NCBI RefSeq assembly: GCF_018350175.1 | Contig: NC_058368.1 | Coordinates: 160,706,001 to 160,770,000, forward strand | Reading direction: 5' to 3' | DNA from: Felis catus | Taxonomy: Eukaryota | DNA: 64,000 nt | In this document: one piece after another, positions 1 to 12,190 of the stretch | How positions within the stretch are numbered: position 1 is the stretch's first letter | Layout: every line of letters begins with the position of its first letter | Position numbers and translations under genes: made by a program | The notes under the pieces: generated by a model | What the model was told of the DNA's origin: nothing | The model's database searches: none | What the model saw: only the letters and a program-made list of their open reading frames with translations

Positions 1-14
1 ATTAAAAAAAAAAG

Positions 15-215
15 AATGTAGGTTAAAGACTCTTAGCTCTGGGAACACCAGCTATGACACTTTGAGCCCATAACTTTACATGTGTTTCAATGTCTTCATA
101 AGAGAGAATAATACCTACTTCCTTAAGTAGTTTGGGAGAACTCAATAAAATTAAATAGAAAAGACTTGGTGCAGTACTAGCTACAGAAGTGAACGTGAAT
201 TAGTCATTTTGTTAG
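15..215 (+). mobile_element. MIR SINE remnant
   Basis: Degenerate MIR core and 3' motifs (gaataatacctacttcc...; aagacttggtgcagtactagctacagaag), recognised by eye. Confidence 0.5.
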
Positions 216-1216
216 TGCTATGTCTTCAGCTCCTCAAAAGGCTCTGGTATAGGAAAGGGAAAAAAATCCAAAAGTCAACACCCATCCTTTTTGTCTTTCA
301 ACATATACTAACTAGAAAGAAAATAAACTTATATAGTCTATACCTTCATCCTTTTTCTTTTTTTATATAGCTTCATCCTTTTTTTCAATAGAAATCCTCT
401 TCTTAGTAATACTATAAAGCCCTCGAGAACAAATCCAGCATTTCTCAGCTAGCATTCCCAGAAAAAAAAAAAAAATCCTTAGCAGCAATACCTACACCTC
501 TATAACTTCAAGGGTGAGTTTTTCTTCTACTTGGGGAAAAATATGCTCTTTCTGTGCTCTCTAAATACGTTTTGGCTGATGGAAATGTTCCACTTTTCAG
601 CAGTTAAAAATTTCAAACATTGGTTGATTTCTAGAAATGCAAATGTTTAAATAACTGGATTTTGCATTGTTGTATTTGTTAGTCAAATGTGTAAACAAGC
701 CCATGAGGAAAAACTCACTGTGAAAGTTTCTCAATTATAATTAAGGGAAAACCTTCCAGAGTAGTTGCCTTTAGGAGCTCACCCAAGTAGAGAAATATTT
801 AACTCCTGACTGAATCACATGAAAATTATGCTTGAAGATTAGTAAACTGCGTCTAATAATAAAGTTTCAAACCTTTTCTCTCTCTCTCTGTCTCCCTCTC
901 TCTCTCTCTGCTGCTCTATCCTTGGCTAATGCTTTACTAGCAGGGATATATTTATAATTGATAAATGCACAGGACGTACGTAACACACAGGAGTGGAAAC
1001 AAATCTCTGATCCTTACCAATGATCATTCCAGATAAGCACACACTCTAATTTATACTTGGGTTTGATCTTTAATTATGTGAATAATTATGTTTACTCTCT
1101 TATGAATAATCTGTAATGATTTCTTATGTAAATAAAATGTTTGTTCTTACCAATGCCTTAGTTGTATGGTATTCACTTAATAATAAACTTGTGGATGATT
1201 TAAAAATGATATTTTA

Positions 1217-1445
1217 GGGGCGCCTGGGTGGCGCAGTCGGTTAAGCATCCGACTTCAGCCAGGTCACGATCTCGCGGTCCATGAGTTCGAGCCCCGCGTC
1301 AGGCTCTGGGCTGATGGCTCAGAGCCTGGAGCCTGTTTCCGATTCTGTGTCTCCCTCTCTCTCTGCCCCTCCCCCATTCATGCTCTGTCTCTCTCTGTCC
1401 CAAAAATAAATAAAAAACGTTGAAATAAAATATTTAAAAAAATAA
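1217..1445 (+). mobile_element. Young feline Can-SINE (SINEC_Fc-type)
   Basis: GGGGCGCCTGGGTGGCGCAGTCGGTTAAG head, B box GAGTTCGAGCC, (CT)n, A-rich tail; perfect 16-bp TSD TAAAAATGATATTTTA (1201-1216, 1446-1461). Confidence 0.97.
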
Positions 1446-1679
1446 TAAAAATGATATTTTACCATATTTGCATGATTGCATGTACTTTAAATTCTAATAT
1501 AATATATTTATGCTACAAAATTCGGTGTAGTTATAAAACAATTGTGACTTAAATTTAGCAATAGGAATAACAAACCAAAACCTTTTACTACAGTGAACTA
1601 TTAAGATTATTTGTTGATATGTGAGTGATTTTATAATACATACTTTATGATCCCTATCATTAGGAAAATATACATTTTA

Positions 1680-1894
1680 TTTTTATGTATTTTTTAAGTT
1701 TATTTACTTAAGAGAGAGAAAGCACGTGCATGAGAGTGGAAGGGGCAGAGGGAGAGGGAGAATCCCAAGCATGCTCTGTGCTGTCAGTGTGGAGACCCAC
1801 ACATGTCTTGATCCCACGAACGAAACTATGAGATCATGATCTAAGCCAAAACCAAGAGTTGGACACCGAACCAACTGAGCCACCCAGGCACCCC
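1680..1894 (-). mobile_element. Older Can-SINE
   Basis: Reverse-complement head (...gagccacccaggcacccc), GA-rich body, T-rich tail; TSD gaaaat[a/g]tacatttta. Confidence 0.92.
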
Positions 1895-2269
1895 ATGAAA
1901 ATGTACATTTTAAAGAAAGCATTGTATCAACAAACTTCTCTAAATTACAAAGTCATTTTACATTATAGCCACCTACCTGCAAAATGTCTATTTTTCATGA
2001 CAAATGAGAGATTTGATTATGTCCATAGTATTTGAATGTCACTTATTTTTTCTTGAAATTAGAATGTTTTATATACATTGGGATTCCAGACTTGATATAG
2101 TAATTTTAAATAATTAATAGAAATTCTATTATTCCTCAGACTCAAGTGGGCTTGCATCAGATATTTATTAACAAAGAATTTTAGGAATTGAGATAATTTT
2201 AATACTGTAGAAATGGAGTCAGGGAGCTGAGTTAGCTTGGGTTTTTTGTTTGTTTGTTTGTTTGTTTGT

Positions 2270-2360
2270 TTTGCATGTGTAGCAAAGTATACGTAACATT
2301 TTGAGTATTTTTAAGTGTAGAGTTTAGTGACATTAAGTACATTTACATTATCATGCTACA
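2270..2360 (-). mobile_element. L1 3'-end fragment
   Basis: ttttaagtgtagagtttagtgacattaagtacatttacatt resembles the antisense L1MA/MB 3' terminus; (TTTG)n at 2246-2272 fits a decayed tail. Confidence 0.55.
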
Positions 2361-2600
2361 GGTTTGGGTTTTGAGGATTAAATATCAAGTCTTACAGATG
2401 CATTTGTTCACAATTACTTTGTGCCTTTCAGAGCGTGTGCACTGTTAATTAGGATGATTTAACTAATTAGTTATGTTTTAAAGATATTTTAATGCTTAAA
2501 AAGGATGGGATAGAAATATCACTTGTTAAGTAGGAAGACTTGCTTCAATTACTTAAAATAGGGTAAAACTAGGCATCCTGGACTCAGTGCCATCTGTACC

Positions 2601-3130
2601 TGATGTCTGGAGCCCAGGCCCCAGAGGGAGGGCCTCAGGCCTTCGGGCCAAGAGGGTTCTTGGCTTTGCACGAGAAAGAATTCAAGGAGCTATCCATTTA
2701 GAGAAAGGGACAAAAATTAATTAAGTGTAGAAGTAAAATAGGAGCTACTTCATAGACAAAGTAGCAGTCTCTCTTCCCAGATGAGAAAGAGAACCCTCTT
2801 TTGCCTGTAACAAAGAGTTTTATAAGTTTTTTCTTTTAAGTAGCTAACCATATAGGGAGAAGCTTACTCTTTAACTATGGGTTTATCATTCACATTGAGC
2901 AGTTAGTTCTTTTTTTTTGTTTTTTCCTTATCTTAGGGTTGTGGAATTACCCACAGGGAGCAATTTTAAGTATGTGCATCCCAAGGGAGTGGGGTCTTGT
3001 GGTCTTCCAGAAGTCACATCTTGTGGTTCCTTTTATGACCTGCTGACTTTTAGGTTAACAGTCAGCCTAAAACCAAAATGGCTTTACTTTGGTCAACTTG
3101 TCTCCTGAGTCTCCCTTCCCTCCTGCCTCA
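2601..3130 (-). mobile_element. Solo LTR, ERV1-like
   Basis: TG...CA termini; near-perfect 4-bp TSD TACC/TACT; minus strand starts TGAGGCAGGA; minus-strand TATAAAA at ~2818-2824; ggttcttggctttgca..gaaagaattcaag motif typical of ERV1 LTRs. Confidence 0.75.
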
Positions 3131-3470
3131 TACTCATTAGCAGGAATGATAATATGTTAGTTGTCTACCTGTTAATACTTTTGTCTTGTTTCTAAATTGT
3201 TTCTAAACTTGGGAAAATCAATTAATTCTATTTATTACTCCTTATTCAGAGTAATACACCCTTAACAAACCATTTAAAATGGATAATATGAGAAATTTGC
3301 TATATTATTACATTGAAAGGATTCATGGTAACAACTGCTTTACCACTTCCATGTTGAGCTGCTTCTGGGAAAAAAAAATGTAGTTCAACTGGGCTCAAGG
3401 CTAGGAATGAAAGGACAAAAAATAGTTTTTAGAGTAGTGAATATTTATATCCAAGATATTTAATAACATG

Positions 3471-3673
3471 TTTTATTTTTATTTATTTATTTGAGGGGGC
3501 GGGGAGAGTGAGAGCAGGGAGGGGCAGAGAGAGCAGGAGAAACAGAGAATCCCAAACAGGCTCCATGCTGCCAGCGAACAGAGCTCAATGCAGGGCTCAA
3601 TCCACAAACTGAGATCATGTCCCGAGCCAAAATCAAATCAGATGCTTAACCAACTGAACCACCCAGGCACCCC
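3471..3673 (-). mobile_element. Older Can-SINE
   Basis: Reverse-complement head ending caggcacccc at 3673; (TTTA)n tail. Confidence 0.9.
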
Positions 3674-4648
3674 TAAGAATATGATCTATTAATTTGGAAA
3701 TGGAATCAATGTGACCACTAAGGATTGATGAAAGATGCTATTGCTGATTCTTGAAAAGTAAACAAAGAGCCATATAATATGCTTTAGAATACTGTATGTA
3801 CAATTATCACTTTTCAAAAAAAAATTCCTTATACATCAGACATATTTTATAGGTGAATTCACTTTTCCTGGCAGAATAGAAATCTCATAATGTCATGAAT
3901 TTAATTGTTTTTTTCTCTCTTCTATATTCGTGGAAACTCATCAAATTAATAATTTAAGTTTTATTCTACCAAATGAGCACTCACTGTCAAGAAAATCAGG
4001 TCAAATAGATTATATATATGTATATATATTTATATATGTAAAGTGGCATGATGGGAATTTGTGTTACTGTTGAATTTACTTCAGAAGTTTTAGAATTCTC
4101 TTACATGGCCGTTCATTGCAGGCTGAATAAAGTGCCCCTAACCTTACTGGTCCCTTTGAGACGTGGCGACATACATTTTTCATTTTACTAAGGACATTTT
4201 GTATTTCCCACAGTGTGAGTTATCTTCAGTAAGATTATTGTATCTTTAGGTAAGACATATTAAAACTGGCAACCATTTTAAACTCATTAGCTCAGAGTGG
4301 ATTTCTACTTATTACCGCTGAATACTGCTTCCTGAACACATATCTACATGGTATTTCCTTAGAGAAATCTTGTTGAAAGATTGTCTAAATCTGATCCATA
4401 TTTAGGCTGACATTGCCATTATTCCAATTAGGAAAGTGTCAGCCATTACAGTTCATTTACTGAGTGATGGCCACTATTGATGTTTATAGATTTTTTTTCT
4501 TAGTGTCTTTCTTCGTCCATCAGTTTTTTGTTTTTGTTGTTCTTTAATAGAGTTTAAGTATCAAATGCAAAAAAATTCTCTTGTAATTCCCAAGGCTAAT
4601 AGGAAGCAGTATGGTCTGAAAGGATGGCAAGACTCACAACAGGACAGT

Positions 4649-4665
4649 ATTATTATTATTTATTT

Positions 4666-4696
<31 letters not shown>

Positions 4697-4702
4697 TATT
4701 AC
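4649..4702. repeat. (TTA)n microsatellite, imperfect
   Basis: Read directly. Confidence 0.85.
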
Positions 4703-6290
4703 TAGTTAGCAGGCCTAGCCTTTAACGAAATGGTAAACAGTTGAAATTTGTCTCCAGGCCATCTCTTCTCTTCTGCCACCTTTCTGTTCATATACATTCC
4801 TTGACTCAGGTTCTCAGGGCCAGAGATGCCAGAGTCCATGCTAGACTGTATTTGTTATCTACCTTCCCTGGGAGGGACTTATTCTGTGTTCATCTGTTTC
4901 TTTGTTCCTTAGAAAAATAATAATAATTATGTAGTTACCCTGTACTCTACCTACTCAGCTAATGTGAATTATTTAATGTAGATGTGTTAACTTGAAGTAA
5001 TAAATTATACCACAGTGAGATGATCTTATCATGCTTCCTCCTCTCGCAAAGGGGGTTTTCATCTATACCTTACCAGAAATTGAGTCCAATGCGTTGTCCT
5101 TCATGTCACAACGTAGCCTCTCCAGATTTTTAGTCTTGGTAACTTAGTTCCAACTATAACTTCTGCTTGATTGTAGTAGCCTTGCAACTTGTTTGTGGTA
5201 TCTACATTCTCCAGCCTCTCAGTTGGTGTAGACATTCTAAATTCTGCCGGAAACTTGTCAGTCTTTCTTTGCGGCATTTGGTGGTGATTTTTAAGGCAAT
5301 AGGGCTGACTGCACATCCAACAAAACTAATGCCAGTACAGATACTAAAAATACTAGATAAAGTATTTTTGAAATCAACTTTATGGAGCTATAACTTCTAT
5401 TTATTAAACCACACCTCCATCGGTAGGGCATTTTCATTGACCTGAAAAGTTTTCTTGTGTCATTTATAGTCAATCACCCACCAATACCTTGGCCTCAGGC
5501 AACCCCTAGTGGATAAAATATTTTTAAAAATTATTTTTAATACATTATTCACATCCTCTGTATATAAAGGTACTTAAATTAGAATATGCAAAAATATATT
5601 TCTAAGTTATTCAGAAATCATAAAAGAAATTATAACAAAAAATTTAAAAAAGGAATTGAGTTACTTTTTTAAAATCTCATATTTAAATGGGTGGGATATA
5701 TGTAAATAATTTTAGAAAAGGAAAACTGTATTTCTAAATGCTCATTTTTAAAGAAGAAAGAGTTTCTGAATTAAGAAAGTAAAAAAAGATAAGCAAATTA
5801 CACTGGGCATAATCTGCCCCAGGAAGGTGATGTGTGATCTTGAACCAGGTACCACTTACATTTCTGAAGGGACACATGAGCAGTGTATCATGACATCCAT
5901 CTAATCCTCACAATTATCCTAAACTCCTTCATAATTGTTTTGTCTTACTTGTCTAAACTGGAAAATCCTCTCAATAGCTCTTAATTCTGAAATAGACCGC
6001 GACTTAAAATCAACCATGAGGGCCTTCTTCCTTTGGAGAACTTGTCTAACTGTAAAAGGCCAGGTCATCTTTGAAGAGTTTCCATTTGACTTGAGTCAAA
6101 GGAAGACAGTCAGAAGGAAGAGTGGAAGTAGGAAGTAATAATGGTGTATTATGTTATGGGAAAGAGAGTATATGACAAATATAGGTTCAAGTTGTAGTTT
6201 AGGGTGATCCAAATGGAACACAATTTTAAGTTTTCCCTATTATTTATTTGTCTTAAGGAATCCTTAAGGAAGCAGTTTTGGAACTTGAGT

Positions 6291-6522
6291 TTCTTTTTTC
6301 TTTTTTTTTTTTTTTTTTAATATTTATTCAGTTTGAGAGACAGAGAGAGACAGAGTGTGAGTGGGGGAGGAGCAGAGAGAGAGGGAGACACAGAATCTGA
6401 AGCACGCTTCAGGCTCTGAGCTGTCAGCACAGAGCCTGACAAGGGACTTAAACTCAGGAACCACAAGGTCATGACCTGACCCAAAGTCGGAAGCCTAACC
6501 GACTAAGCCACTCAGGCGCCCC
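6291..6522 (-). mobile_element. Feliform Can-SINE
   Basis: Full reverse-complement SINE with poly(T); degenerate TSD tggaac[t/c]tga[g/a]tt. Confidence 0.94.
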
Positions 6523-6771
6523 ATGGAACCTGAATTCTGTTTTTACAGTCTTCCTTATATTAAGTCTGGTTCTATAGCCTATATAAAGGTTATGAAGAAG
6601 CTTAATATTCCTTAAATCCTTTTTTGTTTAAACTGCCTAGATTAGATCTCATGTCTCTAACTACTATTCATAAATTGATACAGTATAATTCCAGTAATAG
6701 GGAACAAAAAGTGACAAACCAGAGTGCTGTACAAACTATTTGGATTTACGGCCAGTATCCTGAACAAATAT

Positions 6772-7800
6772 ATACTTTCATTAAGATGTAATCCATATAC
6801 CATATAATTCACCCATTAAAAATGTGCAATTCAATGTTTTTTAGTATAGAGTTGTACAACACCAAACATCATAAAAATGTAATTTTAGAAAATTTGTTAC
6901 TCCAAAAAGAAGCCTGTATGTATTGCCAAATATTTTCCATTCCTTCCAGCTGTAGGCAACCACTAATATGCTTTCTTTCTCTGTATCTTCGTCTATTATG
7001 GATATTTCCTACAAATGGAATGGTATAATATATGGCCTTTTTGTCACTGGCTTCTTTCACTTAGCATGTTGGGTTCAAGGTTCATACATGTTATAGTATG
7101 TATCAGTACTTCTTTCCTTTTTACTGCTGAATAATATTGCATTTTATAAATATACTACATTTATCCATTCTTTATTTTAAAAAATTTGAGGGGTGTCTGG
7201 GTAACTTAGTTGGTTAAGTGTCTGACTCTTGATTTCAGCTCAGGTCTTGATCTCAGGGTTGTGAGTTCAAGCCCTGTGTTGGGCTCTGCACTGAGTGTGA
7301 AGTCGGCGCGCACACACACACACACACACACACCCATCCATCCATCCATCCATCCATCCATACATACGTAAGATAAATAATAAAAATATTTGGGTTTATC
7401 CAACATTTTGGCTATTGTGAATAATGCTGCCACGAACATTTGTATACGTTTGAGTGGATGTGTATTTTCATCTCTCTTGGTATATATGTAAGATCACATA
7501 GTAATTCTATGTCTAACATTTTCAGAAAATACCAAACTGTTTCCAAAATGGCTCCAGTGTTTTAGTTTACATAACCACCAGCATTATATGAATGTTCACA
7601 TTTCTTCCCATCCATCTGTCTTTGTTATTAGTCATGTCTTAGGCGTAAAGTGGTATCCCATTGTAGTTTAAAACTGATTTTTCTGATAATTAATGGTGTT
7701 TAGCATATCCTCGTGTGCTTATTGGTCATTTGTAGATCTTCTTTGGTGTAATGTCTATTCAGAGGCTTTGCTCCTTTTTAATTAGTCTGTTTTTATGCAT
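6772..7800 (-). mobile_element. L1 (L1MB-like) 3' UTR and ORF2 end, interrupted by a SINE
   Basis: Antisense L1 motifs: ccatataattcaccca, ggcttctttcacttagcat, ggctattgtgaataatgctgc, gtgcttattggtcatttgtagatcttctttgg. Confidence 0.88.
7190..7388 (+). mobile_element. Can-SINE whose 3' body is replaced by (CA)n(CCAT)n
   Basis: Head ggggtgtctgggtaac..., B box gagttcaagcc, then microsatellite and A-rich tail; lies inside the L1. Confidence 0.85.
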
Positions 7801-8670
7801 TGCTACTCCCAATTCCAAGTTCTATAAGAAGATTTTAAGTGAACGTTTTTTTTTAATATATTGAAAGTTCTACAATGTGATAATTTTATTATAAATTATA
7901 TTTGCTATATTTTGCTATTTAGAAATAAAAGTGTGAGAATTGGAGTTATAATGAGAGACATATAAGAGGCAAGAGTCAAATCAAGAGGAGGACATGTACA
8001 TAGATTAATAGAAGTCCATGAAAATATCTGATCAAATATGTTGCTTTAGTATCATATATCTGAAGTTCACAACCTAATAGTTGGTCCTTTCCAGATGGAG
8101 AACTGACAAATATGCAGCCTCTGATTATAGAAGGTGATTAAGTGGTTCTTTGCTGCACCCAGACTCCCACTGAAAAACAAGAGTCTGAGGAAAATTTCCA
8201 ATTATTTGAGAGATGACTCAAATGGAAGATTGATCTATAAGGACAGTAGGCTAATGCAACCTGTCACTATTATTCCTTGCAGCTGACTTGAAAGACAAAC
8301 TTACTTGACCTACATTTTTCCTTTGCCCTGTGAACTTCCTCTTAAAGATTACCATCTGAAAGAGATGAGGGCAGGCAGACTGACACGCAATGTCATTAAT
8401 AAGAAGACACATTTTTACAAAGAATATTAATTTTCAAAACTTATTGGCTTATCAAAAGTTTCTTAAAATATGAATATACATTCCTAGGATACACAATAAA
8501 CTCAGTTTTGGGACTTCCATAAATAGGAGTTTTTATTCTATGTAGAGCAAAGCTTATCACTGCAGAAGGTAGGCTCTAGAGACCTCAAGGGTGGACTCAG
8601 ATTCTGAAGAGATGATCTTAAGCCATGGTGGCAAGGTGGATTCTGCTAGATCTTGGTGGGTCTCTAGAAT

Positions 8671-9050
8671 TACTGAAGACACCCACCCCACTACAAAATC
8701 AACAGGAAAATCTATTGATCAAGCAAAATTAAATTTATTGAACTCACTGCAGCAGAGTGAACATGGACTTGGTGAGGATAGGAAAGGTTTTAGAAAGAGT
8801 TTTAAGACCTGGTTTTGATGATTTCAGGTGGATTTTTCAAGGTAAAGTATTGACTGGAATTAAACTGACTTTATGATAGAATAGCTTTGGTCTGGTAGGC
8901 ACAGCAAGGCAATGTTCTTAAAATGAGTCTTGATGATTGTGTTTTTAGGCTTGACATGTAGGCTAATGTGGTTGTTACAGACTTATTTTCTGAGATGATA
9001 TACTTCCTTGGGCCTCTTTGTTTGGTCTCAGAGATGTTTAACTAGGAACC
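8671..9050 (-). mobile_element. Old LTR-like fragment, family uncertain
   Basis: gatcaagcaaaattaaatttattgaactcactgcagca resembles the antisense poly(A)-signal region of ancient mammalian LTRs. Confidence 0.4.
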
Positions 9051-9559
9051 TGAAAATTTGCCTGTTTTCATCTTTTCCTGAGAGACAGTATATATAGGTT
9101 TCATTTCTCACTATCTAACATCCTTTTTTAGAGAAGGAGTGTGGAGGAAATAACATGAGAAAAAAATTGGTTGCATTTTGAACATTTAGAACTTGATTAC
9201 ATTTGGCTTTCATACTTTCTATGTGTAATAAATATATTTTAATTAACTTTGCTAAAGCAAGGCTTAAACTTTTAAACTTTTCTATCAAAATTATGTATTT
9301 CTTATGGAAGTTATACAGATAAAAACCTAAGGTCATACCTCTTTTTAGGTTTCTTTGAAATGTGGTTATTTTAAAATTGTTCCAAGTACTTGAGTTTATT
9401 CTTTGGTCCTAATAATTTGGTTTAACCATGTGATATTTTTATCCCCACCAGTTTATTATAATTTTTCCTATTTCTCTTATTAATGGCATGCAAATAACAT
9501 GTACAGACAGCCAGTTTGGGTCACATACATAATTAATAGGATTTGCATTCTAATGATTA

Positions 9560-11030
9560 AATATTGTTCAATTCAGAACCAAAGGATGTACAGTTTTCCT
9601 TGCAGTTCCTGCTATCACCCTATCTCCAGAATTATTTTTGTATTTATGGCCGATATTTATCTTTTATTTCTTTAAATAACTTACACTTAAGTTGTGCTGA
9701 TGTCTCAAGCTTTGACATTACTTGGTGTTTTTGTTCTTTTGTGTTTTTCTCCTATCTGTAGAAATTTTAGAATCCCTTCCTTATCCTCAGTCCTGTGCTC
9801 TAAAATTTCACTACAGTGTATGCACATGTATTTCTTTGTCAGTGTGAAGTGTGATTTTAAAGAAGTCTCTGTCTCTCTAAATCCAGGAAGTTGGTTTAAA
9901 TGTGTTCATAGCCAGCCTATCTTCATTTGAATCTGTGGGGCTTCCTGAATTTTTCTAGTTATTCTATATTTTCTATTTGTCCTTTATTCTACATTTTAGG
10001 CATTTCACCATTTGGATTTCTAATTTTTTGTGGCATTTTAATTTTTGCAGTTGTATTTTTAAAATCCAAGAGATCTTTCTCACTCTCTGATAACTCCTGT
10101 TTCACAGTATCTTCTGCTTTTATTTTATCATGAAAACAGCTTCTGTAATGTACCTGAGACTACTAAATAAGGTTTAGTTTTAGATGTTTTCTTTTGTTTT
10201 CTGCATTACTTCTGTTTAGCCTAACATCAAATTGTGTATTTTATTATCTTAGATTTTTCTTTTTCTTTCAGTTTTCCTCAAACTTTGGGTGGCCTTCAGT
10301 TTTCCTCTCTTTTTGATAATAAGTCAATAGAAATACTCAGAAACTATGCATATGGGTCAGGCTCATCCGGGGACACTTATCCAGTAATAAGTTGTGTTTT
10401 AAGGAATATTCAAGAATTAGTTTGTATCCTGTTCTCCACTATGAAATGTTAAAATAGTTTGAGCTTTAATTTAGGAAGCCAGATCCCTTGTTAGATTCTA
10501 CCATAGATTCTTCTCTGCATACTTTATACCAGGCTGTATTTTGGTCTCTCTTTTTTATTGTTGTTAGTTTTTTTTTTTTTTTAAAGTGTTAACCTGTAAC
10601 TGGCAAATTCTAACGTGGTGACCATTTTGGACAAAGGACCAGGAAGACATGTGGGGAAGTTTGACTTTTTCAATATATCCTTTTGATAACTGTGACGCCT
10701 CCTACTCCTGCCCTCCACTGAAAATACATTCATTGATTTCAGGTCTCACAGACTATAAACTACGTAAGTGAGCAACCTCATTGCTCTAACCCTTTTTTGT
10801 GTGGCATACCAATTAATACCATTCCCTCAGCTTTCCATCTTTGAGAAATTTGCTGATATCTCTTACTGCTGAGAGCATGCAACAATTTCCTTCCCATTTT
10901 CCTTTGCTTCTATCTTACCCACTTTTTTCAAATTGCTTTAATATTATTCAGTTGGGTCTTTAATAGGACAGGAAATAAACTCATAAGTTTGGTTTGACAT
11001 TCTTAATCTTATGTTTTAACATTGTGCATA
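9560..11030 (-). mobile_element. Highly decayed L1-like sequence
   Basis: Long T-rich strand bias with scattered antisense L1-like motifs. Confidence 0.45.
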
Positions 11031-11064
11031 TACCTCTATTTAATCACATTTAAAACCATTTTCA

Positions 11065-11280
11065 GGGGCGCCTGGGTGGCGCAGTCGGTTGAGCGTCCGA
11101 CTTCAGCCAGGTCACGATCTCGCCGTCCATGAGTTCGAGCCCCGCGTCGGGCTCTGGGCTGATGGCTCGGAGCCTGGAGCCTGTTTCTGTGTTTCGGATT
11201 CTGTGTCTCCCTCTCTCTCTGCCCCTCCCCTGTTCATGCTCTGTCTCTCTCTGTCCCAAAAATAAATAAAAAACGTTGGA
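11065..11280 (+). mobile_element. Young SINEC_Fc-type SINE
   Basis: Near-consensus with CpGs retained; perfect 14-bp TSD TAAAACCATTTTCA (11051-11064, 11281-11294). Confidence 0.97.
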
Positions 11281-11329
11281 TAAAACCATTTTCACCTATG
11301 ATATAAACAATGGTTAGAATGTATAAATT

Positions 11330-12190
11330 GTACTGTTATTGTTGAGAGGGAGTTGAGATCGATATCAGGAATCTGCTTAGAGCAGTCTACATTGTTATGG
11401 CATTCCTGGAAAGAAATTTGCCTATGTGGATCAAGATAATTAAAGATTTGGGACTCTTCAGTGGCTAAATCATTTAAGCGTCCAACTTTGGCTCAGGTCA
11501 TGATCTCACAGTTCATGAGTTCGAGCCCCATGTTGGGCTCTGTGCTGTAGGTACTGAGCCTGCTTTGGATCCTTTGGATCAGTCTCTCTCTGCCCCTCTC
11601 CCACTCACATGGTCCCTCCCTACCCCCCCTCCCCAATACAAAACACTAAAAAAAAAAGAAGATACTTAAAGATTTGATGCCTGGTAATTGTAACAGTCTT
11701 TCCTAAAGAAATATCTAGGAACTTATTTGAAGAACTCTGAAAAGGGCTGTTCATCACAAAAAAATAAGTTTGAAATAACTCAAATGCCAAAATATTAGGA
11801 AATTATTAAATAAGTTGTATCACTCATGCAAAGGATATTTAAACAACTAAAAATCAAAATATGCTTAAATGATGACAATATAATATTAAGTGATAAAGCA
11901 GGAAAAGATACTATGAATTCAATATAATACACATTTTAACTCAAATCATATTGAAATATAATTTTTATCAGTAGAACAGTCATTGGCAATTTTAAGTTAA
12001 AATATATAGGTATTATAAGCAATTATAATAAATATAATTGTATAATTACAGAAGTTAAAAGGAATTGTATAAAATATAAATAAAAATAAACACAGGAAAG
12101 GAATACCAATCAATAGGGGTTATCTTGAGATGATAGGATTTCAGTTGATTTTTATCTTTCAAATTATCTATAATGTACTTGTAATCAGAA
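11330..12190 (+). mobile_element. Old L1 (L1ME-like) 3' region, interrupted by a SINE
   Basis: Sense L1 motifs (ctgttcatcaca, aactcaaatgccaa, ttaaataagttgtatcactcatgcaaaggatat); A-rich. Confidence 0.6.
11450..11658 (+). mobile_element. Older Can-SINE
   Basis: ggctcaggtcatgatctcacagttcatgagttcgagccc; TSD aagata[a/c]ttaaagattt. Confidence 0.92.

Noticed and set aside
4048..4331. Short open frames and splice-like sites on both strands
   Set aside because: Frames close with stops, acceptors are weak and no peptide is recognisable
5074..5441. Possible 368-nt minus-strand exon (cttttcag ... CTG|gtaagg) overlapping three ORFs
   Set aside because: Purine-rich acceptor region, no continuous frame, no recognisable protein
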